From assembly GCA_903916195.1 (NCBI GenBank), contig CAIWVP010000111.1, positions 2,530 through 66,529 on the forward strand: a stretch of DNA of 64,000 bases, written 5' to 3'. Positions 1-8,876 of the stretch are shown one piece after another. The position numbers were made by a program, and so were the translations under genes. The notes under the pieces were generated by a model that had not been told where the DNA came from, ran no database searches, and saw nothing but the letters and a program-made list of their open reading frames with translations. This stretch comes from an uncultured Verrucomicrobiota bacterium (lineage in GTDB: Bacteria > Verrucomicrobiota > Verrucomicrobiia > Limisphaerales > UBA9464). The first letter of the stretch is position 1. Every line of letters begins with the position of its first letter.

Positions 1-195
1 GACGGCGTGATGCAGATCGTGGTCGAGGACGACTCGTTCAGCGACACGTCGGCGTTTGAACTGGAGACGAGCACCGACCTGCGGACGTGGAGATCCGGCG
101 GCTCGTTCGTGAACGGTCCGGGCGCGGCCTTCATCCGCGAGGAGGCATCGGCGACCGACGGCCCGCGGTTCTACCGGGCCAAGCGCGTCCGCTGA
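1..195 (+). CDS. 3' end of a CDS truncated by the window start, probably a secreted protein, carrying a recurring C-terminal module
   Basis: The frame is open from nt 1 to the TGA at 193-195. The tail FELETSTDLRTW...GPRFYRAKRVR resembles the C-termini of the CDSs at 202-1335, 44116-44973 and 51777-52040. Confidence 0.5.
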   Translation, partial: DGVMQIVVEDDSFSDTSAFELETSTDLRTWRSGGSFVNGPGAAFIREEASATDGPRFYRAKRVR

Positions 196-201
196 TCCGC
201 A

Positions 202-1335
202 TCAACGCGCGAGCAGACGGAAGTAGCGGGTCGCGGCCGGCGAAGCGGGGATGTCCAGATCGTGACCGGCCGCGACTTCGTGGCCGGAATCGGTCCACAG
301 CGCCAGATCCTCGGAGAACTGGAGCCGGTAGGTACGGCCGGGTTCGCTGGCGAGGACGCTGAGGGTCGATCCCCCGGCGCCGGGTCCGCTCCGCACGGAG
401 ATCCGCGGAGCGGGAGCGGGCTGGAAGAGATCCGCCAGATCGGTCGCTTCCGCCGCGTCGCCCAGGAACGGCCGTACGCCGAAGATCTCCTGGAACGTGC
501 GCAACGTGGAGCTGTGGGTGTAGCGGACGGAGTTGTGGTAGCCGCCGCCTTTGCCGAGCGGCGAGAGCGCGATCATGCCGATCGGCCCGTCGTGCGTGGG
601 TTCGTCCTTCGCGCCTTCGTCGCCTTCGTCCCACACGATGAAGACGGCCCCGCGGTCCTTGTAGGCGTCGGACGCGAGGATCCCCGGCAACATCGAGCGC
701 AGCCACCGGTCGCCCTGGAGGCGGGTGCTCTTGGACCCCGCCGCCAGGTTGTGCATGTCGTTGGTCAGGTTGGGGGTGATGAAGTTGAAACGCCCGACGC
801 GGCCGGAAGCGAGGTCGCCGGCGAGCTCGGTGAAGGGCCGGATGTGGTTGGTGCAATAGCGCAGGTCGGTGTTGATACCCTTGAAGAACATGAACGGATT
901 GTGCCGCACCGCGTAGTTCCCCTTGTCGACCTTCGGGATGTCCTTTCCGGAGATGCCCTCCTGGTAGGCACGCCACGGGATCCCGGCGCGGTCGAGCTGG
1001 AAGGCCAGGTGGTCGTTGGAGTCGACCTCGTTCACCGAAGGCGGTTTGTCGGTCTTGATCCCGAAGTTCGTCCCGGCCACGAGCCAGATGTAGTTCGGCT
1101 CGCTCGGATGGAGACCGGGAGGCGTGGAGTAGTTCTCCGCGAACGCGGCGCGCGGGAGCACCTCCTGGTTGATGTACGGACAATGGTTGCTGTCGCGGAT
1201 GTCGATCCAGTCGTGGTTCTCGAAGAGGATGAGGAACACCGTCTTGATCGCCGGCAGCTCGGCCCTCGCGGCCGGCAAAAGCAACTCCAGGAGGGCCGCG
1301 AAGACGACCGGCCAGCGGAGGGATGAGGTTCTCAT
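202..1335 (-). CDS. Phosphoesterase family protein (phospholipase C / acid phosphatase-like), secreted
   Basis: Signal peptide MRTSSLRWPVVFAALLELLLPAARA. Motifs FENHDW, HPSEPNY, TNDMHN and VWDEGDE are typical of the phosphoesterase family. The start was moved to the internal ATG at 1335. The C-terminal module is YRLQFSEDLALWTDSG...TRYFRLLAR. Confidence 0.75.
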   Translation of the reverse strand: MRTSSLRWPVVFAALLELLLPAARAELPAIKTVFLILFENHDWIDIRDSNHCPYINQEVLPRAAFAENYSTPPGLHPSEPNYIWLVAGTNFGIKTDKPPSVNEVDSNDHLAFQLDRAGIPWRAYQEGISGKDIPKVDKGNYAVRHNPFMFFKGINTDLRYCTNHIRPFTELAGDLASGRVGRFNFITPNLTNDMHNLAAGSKSTRLQGDRWLRSMLPGILASDAYKDRGAVFIVWDEGDEGAKDEPTHDGPIGMIALSPLGKGGGYHNSVRYTHSSTLRTFQEIFGVRPFLGDAAEATDLADLFQPAPAPRISVRSGPGAGGSTLSVLASEPGRTYRLQFSEDLALWTDSGHEVAAGHDLDIPASPAATRYFRLLAR

Positions 1336-1428
1336 GATGTCTGCGCGCCGGGTCCGCGGTCGACCGACCACGGACCGGAAGGCATTGCGGGTCCTGTGCC
1401 AAGTTCCCCGGAGGCCGGGGCCGGCCGG

Positions 1429-2460
1429 TCAACGGTCACCGGTCGCCGCCCGGCTCAGCCGCTCCAGGTCTTGGACGCGACGGAACAGGTCCGGAAGGCG
1501 TTCCACGGCGATGAATTGGCGCTTCATCACGCGGTCCGGCTGCGCCGGGGAGCCGAGCCACTTCTGGCCCTCGGGCACGTGGTTCATCACGCCGGATTGC
1601 GCAGCGATGGTGACCTTGTCGCCGATGCGCAGGTGGCCGGCGATGCCGACCTGGCCGGCGATGGTCACGTAGTTTCCGATCTTGGTGCTGCCGGCGATGC
1701 CGACCTGCGCGACCACGATGCAGTGCTCGCCGATGCTCACGTTGTGGGCGATCTGCACGAGGTTGTCGATCTTGGTGCCCTTGCCGATGACGGTCGCGCC
1801 CAGCGCCGCACGGTCGATGGTGACGTTCGCGCCCAGTTCCACGTCGTCGTGCAGGACCACCTGGCCGACCTGGGGGACCTTGCGGTGCGCCCCGGCGTCG
1901 AACACATAGCCGAAGCCGTCGGCGCCCACGACCGTGCCGGCGTGGATCCGGACGCGCTTCCCGAGCGTGGACCGCGTGTAGAGCGTGACCGACGGGAACA
2001 AGCGGCATCCCTCGCCGAGCACGCAGTCGTCGCCCACGAAATCGCGGGCCTGGAGCACGCAATCCGCGCCGATGCGCACGCGTTCGCCCACGACGCAGTG
2101 CGGGCCGATGTGGGCGGTCGGATCGATGTGGGCGGACGCGGCGACCACGGCGGTCGGATGGATGCCCGGCGCGAAGGCCGGCTCGGGGAAGAACAGCGGC
2201 AGCACCTGCGCGAAGCCGATCCGGGCGTTGGCCACGCGGAGCAGCGTCTTGCCGCTGGCCGATTTGAAATCGCCGGCGACCAGCACCGCGGAAGCGGCGC
2301 TCTGGTCGGCCCGGGCGAAGTACGTCTCGTTCTCGGCGAAGGTCAGCTCGCCGGGCTTGGCGGAATCGGCCGGGGCGAACCCGTGCAGCGCGAGCGCCGC
2401 GTCGCCGACGACCTGCGCGCCGAGCTTCTCGGCGATCTGGGCGGTGGTGAAGGTGGGCAT
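1429..2460 (-). CDS. lpxD: UDP-3-O-acylglucosamine N-acyltransferase
   Basis: The N-terminus MPTFTTAQIAEKLGAQVVGD is LpxD-like and is followed by long hexapeptide (left-handed beta-helix) repeats. It lies 4 nt downstream of panD on the same strand. Confidence 0.9.
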   Translation of the reverse strand: MPTFTTAQIAEKLGAQVVGDAALALHGFAPADSAKPGELTFAENETYFARADQSAASAVLVAGDFKSASGKTLLRVANARIGFAQVLPLFFPEPAFAPGIHPTAVVAASAHIDPTAHIGPHCVVGERVRIGADCVLQARDFVGDDCVLGEGCRLFPSVTLYTRSTLGKRVRIHAGTVVGADGFGYVFDAGAHRKVPQVGQVVLHDDVELGANVTIDRAALGATVIGKGTKIDNLVQIAHNVSIGEHCIVVAQVGIAGSTKIGNYVTIAGQVGIAGHLRIGDKVTIAAQSGVMNHVPEGQKWLGSPAQPDRVMKRQFIAVERLPDLFRRVQDLERLSRAATGDR

Positions 2461-2464
2461 GGTG

Positions 2465-2827
2465 TCAGATCCCCCGTTCGTTGAGGACCTCGTTCGCCGT
2501 CCCGAGCACGAGCACCTTGGGCTGCCATCCGGCGGCCTGATGATGCTCGATCTCGGTGAAAGCCATGATGGTGAGCCGGTCGCCCGGTTTGCCGAGGTGG
2601 GCGACGGCGCCGTTGAGCTCGATGGCGCCGGTGCCGCGGGGCCCCTTGATCACGTAGGTCTCCCAACGCGCGCCGTTGGCCATGTTGCTGCACAGGATGC
2701 GTTCGTAGGGCACGAACCCGGCGCGTTCGATCAGGTCCTCGGAGATGGTGAGGCTGCCTTCGTAATCCACGCTGGCCGCGGTGACGGCGGCCCGGTGGAG
2801 CTTCGACTTCAGGACATGGACAAGCAT
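2465..2827 (-). CDS. panD: Aspartate 1-decarboxylase (pyruvoyl-dependent)
   Basis: MLVHVLKSKLHRAAVTAASVDYEGSLTI contains the conserved self-cleavage G-S site. Length is about 120 aa from the internal ATG at 2827. Confidence 0.9.
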   Translation of the reverse strand: MLVHVLKSKLHRAAVTAASVDYEGSLTISEDLIERAGFVPYERILCSNMANGARWETYVIKGPRGTGAIELNGAVAHLGKPGDRLTIMAFTEIEHHQAAGWQPKVLVLGTANEVLNERGI

Positions 2828-2975
2828 GGCGATGGCGTGGAAAAAGCCGTCCTGCGGGCGGGCGCGGCGAAAAATCCGCGGACACGGCCAGCGCCGCGTT
2901 GACCCGAAAAACGTGGCCGGATAATAAGGCAGGCGTCTCCGCGCACAACACAACGTTTCCACGCAACCTGATCCT

Positions 2976-4139
2976 ATGAGCAGAAAAATCCGTTACGGCA
3001 TGGTCGGCGGCGGTCGCGGCGCCTTCATCGGCGCGGTCCACCGCATCGCCGCGAACATCGATGGCCAGATCGAGCTCGTCGCCGGCGCCTTCTCCGCCGA
3101 CCCGGAGAAATCCAAGGCCTCCGGTGCCGACCTCTTCCTCGCGCCCGGACGCGTGTACGGCAGCTATCAGGAGCTTGTCGCCCAGGAGGCCGCGCTGCCC
3201 GCGGACCAGCGGATCGATTTCGTCGCCATCGTCACGCCGAACCACGTCCATTTCCCCGCCGCCAAGGCCGCGCTGGAAGGCGGCTTCCACGTGCTCAGCG
3301 ACAAGCCCGCGACCTTCGACCTGGCCGAGGCCAAGGAGCTCGCCGCCATCGTCAAGAAGTCCGGCCTGCTCTACGGCCTCACCCACAACTACACCGGCTA
3401 CCCGCTCATCAAGGAGGCGCGCGAGCTGGTCCACAGCGGCAAGCTCGGCAAGATCCGCAAGGTCGTGGTCGAGTACCCCCAGGGCTGGTTGGCCACCCGC
3501 ATCGAGGCCAGCGGCCAGAAGCAGGCGGCCTGGCGCACCGACCCGAAACGCAGCGGTGCCGCCGGTTGCATCGGCGACATCGGCACCCATGCCGAGAACC
3601 TCGCCGAGTACGTCACCGGCCTGCAGATCAGCGAGCTGGCCGCGGACATCACCGCCTTCGTGAAGGGCCGCAAGCTCGACGACGACGGCAACGTGCTGCT
3701 CCGTTTCAAGGGCGGCGCCAAGGGTGTCCTCCATGCCTCGCAGATCTCCGTCGGCGAGGAGAACAACCTCAGCCTGCGCGTCTACGGCGAGCTTGGCGGC
3801 CTCGAATGGCACCAGCGCGAACCGAACACGATGCTGGTGAAATGGCCCGACCAGCCGATGCAGGTCTATCGCACCGCCAACGGCTACCTGAGCGCCGCCG
3901 CCAAAGCCGCCGGCCGCACACCGCCCGCCCATCCCGAGGGCTACCTCGAGGCCTTCGCCAATATCTACAAGAACTTCGCCGCCGCCATCCGCGCCCGGAA
4001 TGAAGGCCGTAAACTGGCCAAGGACGATCCCGCGCTCGACTTCCCGAAGATCACCGACGGCGTCCGCGGCATGGCCTTCATCGAGGCCGTGGTGAAGTCC
4101 TCCAAGGCCAATTCCGCTTGGACGAAACTGGAGGCCTGA
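2976..4139 (+). CDS. Gfo/Idh/MocA family NAD(P)-dependent oxidoreductase
   Basis: N-terminal Rossmann motif [13 protein letters not shown]. It also has EKP-like SDKP and the C-terminal alpha/beta domain typical of this family. Confidence 0.85.
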   Translation: MSRKIRYGMVGGGRGAFIGAVHRIAANIDGQIELVAGAFSADPEKSKASGADLFLAPGRVYGSYQELVAQEAALPADQRIDFVAIVTPNHVHFPAAKAALEGGFHVLSDKPATFDLAEAKELAAIVKKSGLLYGLTHNYTGYPLIKEARELVHSGKLGKIRKVVVEYPQGWLATRIEASGQKQAAWRTDPKRSGAAGCIGDIGTHAENLAEYVTGLQISELAADITAFVKGRKLDDDGNVLLRFKGGAKGVLHASQISVGEENNLSLRVYGELGGLEWHQREPNTMLVKWPDQPMQVYRTANGYLSAAAKAAGRTPPAHPEGYLEAFANIYKNFAAAIRARNEGRKLAKDDPALDFPKITDGVRGMAFIEAVVKSSKANSAWTKLEA

Positions 4140-4314
4140 ACGGCGTCCCGTGGCCGCGGACGCAAGTCCGCGGCCGGCCCTCGGGGCAACGATCGAGCAG
4201 GGGTCCGTAGGCCGCAGGTCGTTGCTCGCATCTCAACTTCCTCCGTCCAACCCGCTCCTCCCGAGCGAAAATCTCGACGCGCCTGGTCCCGGCGCGTATC
4301 GCAACGCGGTGTCG

Positions 4315-5181
4315 ATGCTCCTGCTGTTGCTCGGCCGGGTGGTCCTGAGCGTCTCGGCCAGCGGGTTGCAGAAGCGGCTCACCCAGCTCCACGTCCCGGG
4401 CCCGGTGGTATGGGCCGGCACGCATGCCTGGATGCTGCCGCTCGCTCTCGTTGCGGTGGTCGCATCGCCCTCCCTCACCTGCGGTCCCGGCTTCTGGCGG
4501 GATGCCGCCCTGGCCGGCGTCATCGATGCCATGGGGAATCTTGCGACCGTCTCCGTGTTGCGGACGACCGATCTGTCGGTCTTCGGTCCGTTGAACGGAT
4601 TCCGGCCGGTCCTGGCGCTCGGGTTCGCGGCGCTCTTCCTCGGTGAACAGGTATCCCCGCTCGGCGGCGCCGGCGTGGCGGTCACCGTGGCCGGCGCGAT
4701 GTTCTTGTTGCGCGACAACCCCGACGGCGATGCCCGATGGACCCCCGCGGTCTGGCGGACGCTCGGGTGGCGGTTGACGGGTCTGTCGCTCTCCGTGCTC
4801 GCCTCGGTCTTCCTCAAGCGGGCGGCGCTCGCTGGACTGGTCTCGCTCACCTTGGCGATGTGGATCGGTTGCGGATTGCCGGTGCTCGCGCTCGCTGCCT
4901 GGCGGGCGCGGAGCGCGTCATCGGCCCGGACGCATGAGCCGCCCGCGGCGGTCGCCCGCGGATTCCTGCCGCTGCACGCGACCCTCTTCTTCGTGATGCT
5001 GTGGGCCTCGGTGGAGATCTTCCGCACCACTTTGCTCGCCTACTCGTTCGCGTTTTTCCAGCTCGGCATGGTCCTGCAGGTGCTGCTCGGCGCGCTGTGG
5101 TTCGGGGAACCGAGGCTCGGCCCGCGTCTGGCCTGTTGCGGTCTGATGGGGATCGGGACGCTCCTGATCACGCTCGGGTAG
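4315..5181 (+). CDS. EamA/DMT-superfamily-like polytopic membrane protein
   Basis: About 10 hydrophobic helices in two similar halves. The start is uncertain: the ORF opens at 4150, and I chose the ATG at 4315 just before the first helix. Confidence 0.55.
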   Translation: MLLLLLGRVVLSVSASGLQKRLTQLHVPGPVVWAGTHAWMLPLALVAVVASPSLTCGPGFWRDAALAGVIDAMGNLATVSVLRTTDLSVFGPLNGFRPVLALGFAALFLGEQVSPLGGAGVAVTVAGAMFLLRDNPDGDARWTPAVWRTLGWRLTGLSLSVLASVFLKRAALAGLVSLTLAMWIGCGLPVLALAAWRARSASSARTHEPPAAVARGFLPLHATLFFVMLWASVEIFRTTLLAYSFAFFQLGMVLQVLLGALWFGEPRLGPRLACCGLMGIGTLLITLG

Positions 5182-5195
5182 CGGGACCGGTGGCT

Positions 5196-5333
5196 GAGGT
5201 AGCGCGGAGTTGAACTCCGCTGTATCGCGGGTTTGCAACCCGCAGGCGCTGCGACGGGTAGGCGGTCGGGACTTGCCGACGCCCTGCCGAGTGCAACTCG
5301 GCGAAACGGCAGGTTTCGAACCTGCGCCACGAG
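5196..5333. repeat. 138-bp nested-palindrome repeat, copy A (four 17-nt hairpins plus terminal inverted GTAGCGC/GCGCCAC)
   Basis: Hairpins are gcggagt-tga-actccgc, gcgggtt-tgc-aacccgc, gccgagt-gca-actcggc and gcaggtt-tcg-aacctgc. It matches the reverse complement of 14641-14778 with 20 mismatches in 138 nt (manual alignment). Confidence 0.8.
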
Positions 5334-5714
5334 CGGCCGCCACATCCGGCCGCACCCTGTTGTGCATGGTTGGACCGTCCATGCGGCGCAACTCCACTTC
5401 TTGCAGCCTCTCCATCCGCCAAGAACATCGCGGAGCGATGTCAGCCATTAGCCGGGAGTCGAGGAGCGGAGCGACGACACCCCCGGATACCGTGGGCCGG
5501 TGCCTGCTGCTTCCAGGTTTGTTTACGGTTTTCGAGGGCGAAGTGTTACCGAATCTGCACAAATAAAGTGAAATTAAGCGGTTGAAAACCTGGAACTATG
5601 GTGTGCCAGTATTGGAATGGTAAAAGAAGAAATAGGATTCGATTAGGTTTTCTTGGGGAAGCACAGCGGATTCGATAAAATTAGACGACCAAAAAACGAG
5701 TATACAACTGTGTT

Positions 5715-8129
5715 ATGAATGAAAAACTGACATTACATATTGCAGAGCGCTACCTCAATGGTGAAAACATAAATCTCGAGTTGTTTGGGCGCGTCGAGTT
5801 ACGTGCGCTCGAGCTTTTGGCGAGTCGAGTCTCGGATTTTTCATTTTTGAAAGAGATTGACGGGCGCCATGCTGAAATTCTTTCAACGGTATGTAATGAA
5901 CTAATTCTGGATGGCTTATCTACTATAGACGATGAATCTGCTCGGATACTGGGAGAAAAGCATCTTGGGAGTCTATCCCTGCGATGTTTGACAGTTTTGT
6001 CAAAACCCGCAGCAAAGAGCCTCTGCCTTCATAAAGGGTTAATCAACGGCATGAAATCTGGGGCATTTGTAACCCAAATGCGGACGAAGCCTGAAATTCA
6101 AGGTAACAAATTCGGTAGTCAACAAAGCCAGCCTGAGGCTTCTCAAAGTGTTGGCAAAATTCGTGCGGAAAACGCTGAAGCCAACGCCGCAGACTCTGCA
6201 TCAGACCCTGTTCCGACTGTGTCTGCCACCAGCTTCCGTGAAGTGGCAAAAGAAAAAAAAGATTCACCAGCCAACACTATTAGATTAATCGTGACTCACC
6301 AGGACGTCATTTTTGAAATATACTCTGCGTACTTAAAACAAAAGACTCCTTGGTGGGATAAGGTCACCACCACAAGCACTTTGCATATCGACAAGGATTG
6401 GCTAGATCGAGGAGGATACGGGGTTTTACAATGCGTTAGGGTTCAAAAACTGATTGAGACACGAGTTTGTGAAACGTGTTGCATCCCGTACAGGAATGAA
6501 GAAGTCCCGGACTCATGCGTACGACTTGATCCGTGGGAAATCGAAGCCTTTCCGGCAGTGGACGCCAAGAAAGGCCCGACGAGCAATAAACTTTCACCCG
6601 TTGACAGCAGGCGAGTACATCCATGTTATGTGTGCGATGCTAGTGGAGAAATCACATGCCGAAGTTGCAATGGACGTTGCGAGGTTACTTGTGGTAATTG
6701 CTCAGGAACAGGCCAAGAACGAAAGACACGTGGAATTCCAGAAATTATTTTATGCGGATCATGCAACGGTTGTGGTTATAAAGATGGTCATGGTAAATGC
6801 TACTCTTGCAATGGCTCAGGGAGAAAGCAACAAACTAGATCCGAAGAATACTTCGTGCCATGTGTGTCATGCCGCAGCACGGGTCTTGTAACATGTTCTA
6901 CGTGTCGGGGAACCGGTAAAGAACAGTGCTACAAATGCGAGGGGCGAGAGAAACTTCTTGAATTTGTTCAATATACACAATCAGTTCAGTCCGTTATTTC
7001 AGAACCTTTGATTGTAGGTTCCGCAACCGCACTCAAACGCCTGCACTGGGGTGCCTTGGAATCTTTTGTTAATTTTGTTAATGTGGCAGATTCTTTTCAG
7101 CAAATCATCAATGATTTGACATCACGTTTTGATGAAGAAGTCTGCCTAAAGAGCGTTGTTTCAATAAACAGATTTTCTGATCCTAACTTTGAAGAATTAA
7201 CTAATGATGAGGAGACCACAACTACATTGGCTCATTTGCATCAGAAGACGACGGCACCCGAGCGGCATGCGACACACGAGTGTAAAGTATTGTCACAAGA
7301 AATGGGTTACTTGTTTCAAGTAACGCAGGGCAAAGAAAAATTGGCAGCTATAGGAACTAAGAACCCAGCGAGAATTCTCACGCTTGGAGGGACTGAGATA
7401 GAAGCAAAACTGGAAAAACAGTCTCGCTTTCTTAGGTTTTTGGTAATGGCTGGCTGTGATAAAATGATAGCAGCAACATCCGCGACTGCTGACGGGCCGA
7501 CACCATGTGGGCCTATAATGAAGTGGTTTAATCCCATTCTGCAGCTATTTAAGCCGCTTTTCGGTATTGTATTCGTGCTCGCGAGCATCGGTCGAAATGA
7601 GGTCGGCGATGCAGTGTTTATCCTAACACTATTAGGATTCTATAACTTCCAAAAATTAGCTGCTATCAAAAAGTGGGGGGTAATATTACCGAATGGATTA
7701 CACATACCTGGGAAGCAAAAGAACAGTAATCCAATCTCTTATTCTAACCGTCGAAGGCACTATGTTTACTTTAAATCTTTTCTTTCCTCTCAAGAAAAGA
7801 ACGCAGTAAACGCCCTTATAGAGATCCTGATTTCCAATCGCCCGGAAGGTCACTGGACCAAAGAGATTCCGAAGGAGAATCACTACTCGCGTTTAACAAA
7901 AATTCCTTTCAGGAACTTCTTTTTTGGAATTGGGGGGGCTCGAAGCATTTTGTATCGGGAATGGGCTCTTGCAGGTCCTTTTTCGAACGCTGAGAAGGCA
8001 AGGCAATGGAGGCCTTGGTCTGCTGTAATGACGGACGATAATCTCGAAAAAGGGTTTAGCAAACTCACCTTTGTGACTAAGAGGCCAGCAGGCGAGCATA
8101 CCTGCACTTATATTCTCACAAGTGTTTAA
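5715..8129 (+). CDS. Orphan 804-aa multidomain protein: leucine-rich-like repeats, eight DnaJ-type CxxC zinc-finger motifs, hydrophobic helical hairpin
   Basis: It is the only long ORF in an AT-rich stretch (35% and 50% GC in the two 60-nt lines I hand-counted). CxxC motifs CYVC, CRSC, CGNC, CGSC, CYSC, CVSC, CSTC and CYKC lie at nt 6624-6944. The N-terminus has about 24-aa repeats (LDGLSTIDDESARILGEKHLGSLSLRCLTVLSKPAAKSL). Hydrophobic segments are FKPLFGIVFVLASIG and AVFILTLLGFYNF. Confidence 0.8.
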   Translation: MNEKLTLHIAERYLNGENINLELFGRVELRALELLASRVSDFSFLKEIDGRHAEILSTVCNELILDGLSTIDDESARILGEKHLGSLSLRCLTVLSKPAAKSLCLHKGLINGMKSGAFVTQMRTKPEIQGNKFGSQQSQPEASQSVGKIRAENAEANAADSASDPVPTVSATSFREVAKEKKDSPANTIRLIVTHQDVIFEIYSAYLKQKTPWWDKVTTTSTLHIDKDWLDRGGYGVLQCVRVQKLIETRVCETCCIPYRNEEVPDSCVRLDPWEIEAFPAVDAKKGPTSNKLSPVDSRRVHPCYVCDASGEITCRSCNGRCEVTCGNCSGTGQERKTRGIPEIILCGSCNGCGYKDGHGKCYSCNGSGRKQQTRSEEYFVPCVSCRSTGLVTCSTCRGTGKEQCYKCEGREKLLEFVQYTQSVQSVISEPLIVGSATALKRLHWGALESFVNFVNVADSFQQIINDLTSRFDEEVCLKSVVSINRFSDPNFEELTNDEETTTTLAHLHQKTTAPERHATHECKVLSQEMGYLFQVTQGKEKLAAIGTKNPARILTLGGTEIEAKLEKQSRFLRFLVMAGCDKMIAATSATADGPTPCGPIMKWFNPILQLFKPLFGIVFVLASIGRNEVGDAVFILTLLGFYNFQKLAAIKKWGVILPNGLHIPGKQKNSNPISYSNRRRHYVYFKSFLSSQEKNAVNALIEILISNRPEGHWTKEIPKENHYSRLTKIPFRNFFFGIGGARSILYREWALAGPFSNAEKARQWRPWSAVMTDDNLEKGFSKLTFVTKRPAGEHTCTYILTSV

Positions 8130-8284
8130 CGAGGTTGTTCCGGGTGGTCCAAGTGAACTGATTGGCGATTTGCCACCGGGTGGTGGCGGTTGTTCGCGAT
8201 TCTGTTTGGCAGACACCCGGTAACACCGTCGTTCATAATTGGACGAGGGTGGTTCACTGCTTCAGCTTTCAAATCACCCGATTG

Positions 8285-8875
8285 ATGGACTGCGACACCA
8301 CAGACCCGGATCTTCTGAAATCGTTGAAGGGCATCGAGAACACGGACGCGTGGGTTCGATTCGAACGCCTTTATCGTCCACCGATTCTCACGCATTGTCG
8401 CGGAGTGGGGTTGACGCTCGATCAGGCGGAGGAGGTGGTCCAGGAGTGTTTCATCCAGTGTTTTCGCTATCTTCCCTCGTTTGAATACTCGGTGGCGGTG
8501 GGACGATTTCGAGCGTGGTTGAATCTCACGGTCAACCAACGGATTGCTGAACACTTCCGAGATTCGGTCCGCTCGGATCGACTAAAAACCGCCTACGCTG
8601 CATTGCTTCGTGATTTAAGCGGGACCTACCCTGGCTCCAATGCAAATCCTTCCATCTTCGAGTACGAGCTGGTTTCGATGGCGTTCCGCAAAACCCAGGC
8701 GGAAGTGGAGCCAAAGGGCTGGCAGGTCTTCGAGGCACACGTGATGCACGGACTCAAATCCAACGAGGTTGCACGGCAGTTTGGAGTGTCCGCTATCCTG
8801 GTTCGGGTGACCACCCATCGTATTCGGAAGATTTTACAACGAAACTGGAAGCTGCTCCAAGAAGGGCCGTTCTGA
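8285..8875 (+). CDS. ECF-type sigma-70 family RNA polymerase sigma factor
   Basis: Region 2-like sequence is FERLYRPPILTHCRGVGLTLDQAEEVVQECFIQCFRYLPSF...FRAWLNLTVNQRIAEHFR. Region 4 HTH is LKSNEVARQFGVSAILVRVTTHRIRKIL. The start was moved to the ATG at 8285, giving about 196 aa. Confidence 0.85.
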   Translation: MDCDTTDPDLLKSLKGIENTDAWVRFERLYRPPILTHCRGVGLTLDQAEEVVQECFIQCFRYLPSFEYSVAVGRFRAWLNLTVNQRIAEHFRDSVRSDRLKTAYAALLRDLSGTYPGSNANPSIFEYELVSMAFRKTQAEVEPKGWQVFEAHVMHGLKSNEVARQFGVSAILVRVTTHRIRKILQRNWKLLQEGPF

Positions 8876-8876
8876 A

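Noticed and set aside
5210-5566. ORFs beginning MNSAVSR(V/I)xNPQA... at 5210-5566(+) and 14564-14764(-) as a conserved small protein family
   Set aside because: The shared residues derive entirely from the 138-bp palindromic repeat. Substitutions between the copies preserve the DNA/RNA stems rather than the peptide, and the ORFs diverge as soon as the repeat ends.
5590-5620. ECF-type promoter (GGAAC -35) upstream of the 804-aa gene, and TGAAC at 8154-8158 upstream of the sigma gene, as a shared autoregulated promoter
   Set aside because: Only the pentamer is shared. The sequences 16-17 nt downstream differ (TGGAAT versus ACCGGG) and neither resembles a CGT-type -10. There is not enough evidence for a shared motif.
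8352-8366. tRNA T-arm-like strings (gggttcgattcgaac at 8352-8366; agatcgaacccc near 54445-54460) as possible tRNA genes or att-site remnants
   Set aside because: I could not build a cloverleaf: the flanking bases do not pair as T, acceptor or anticodon stems. The first string lies inside the sigma CDS.
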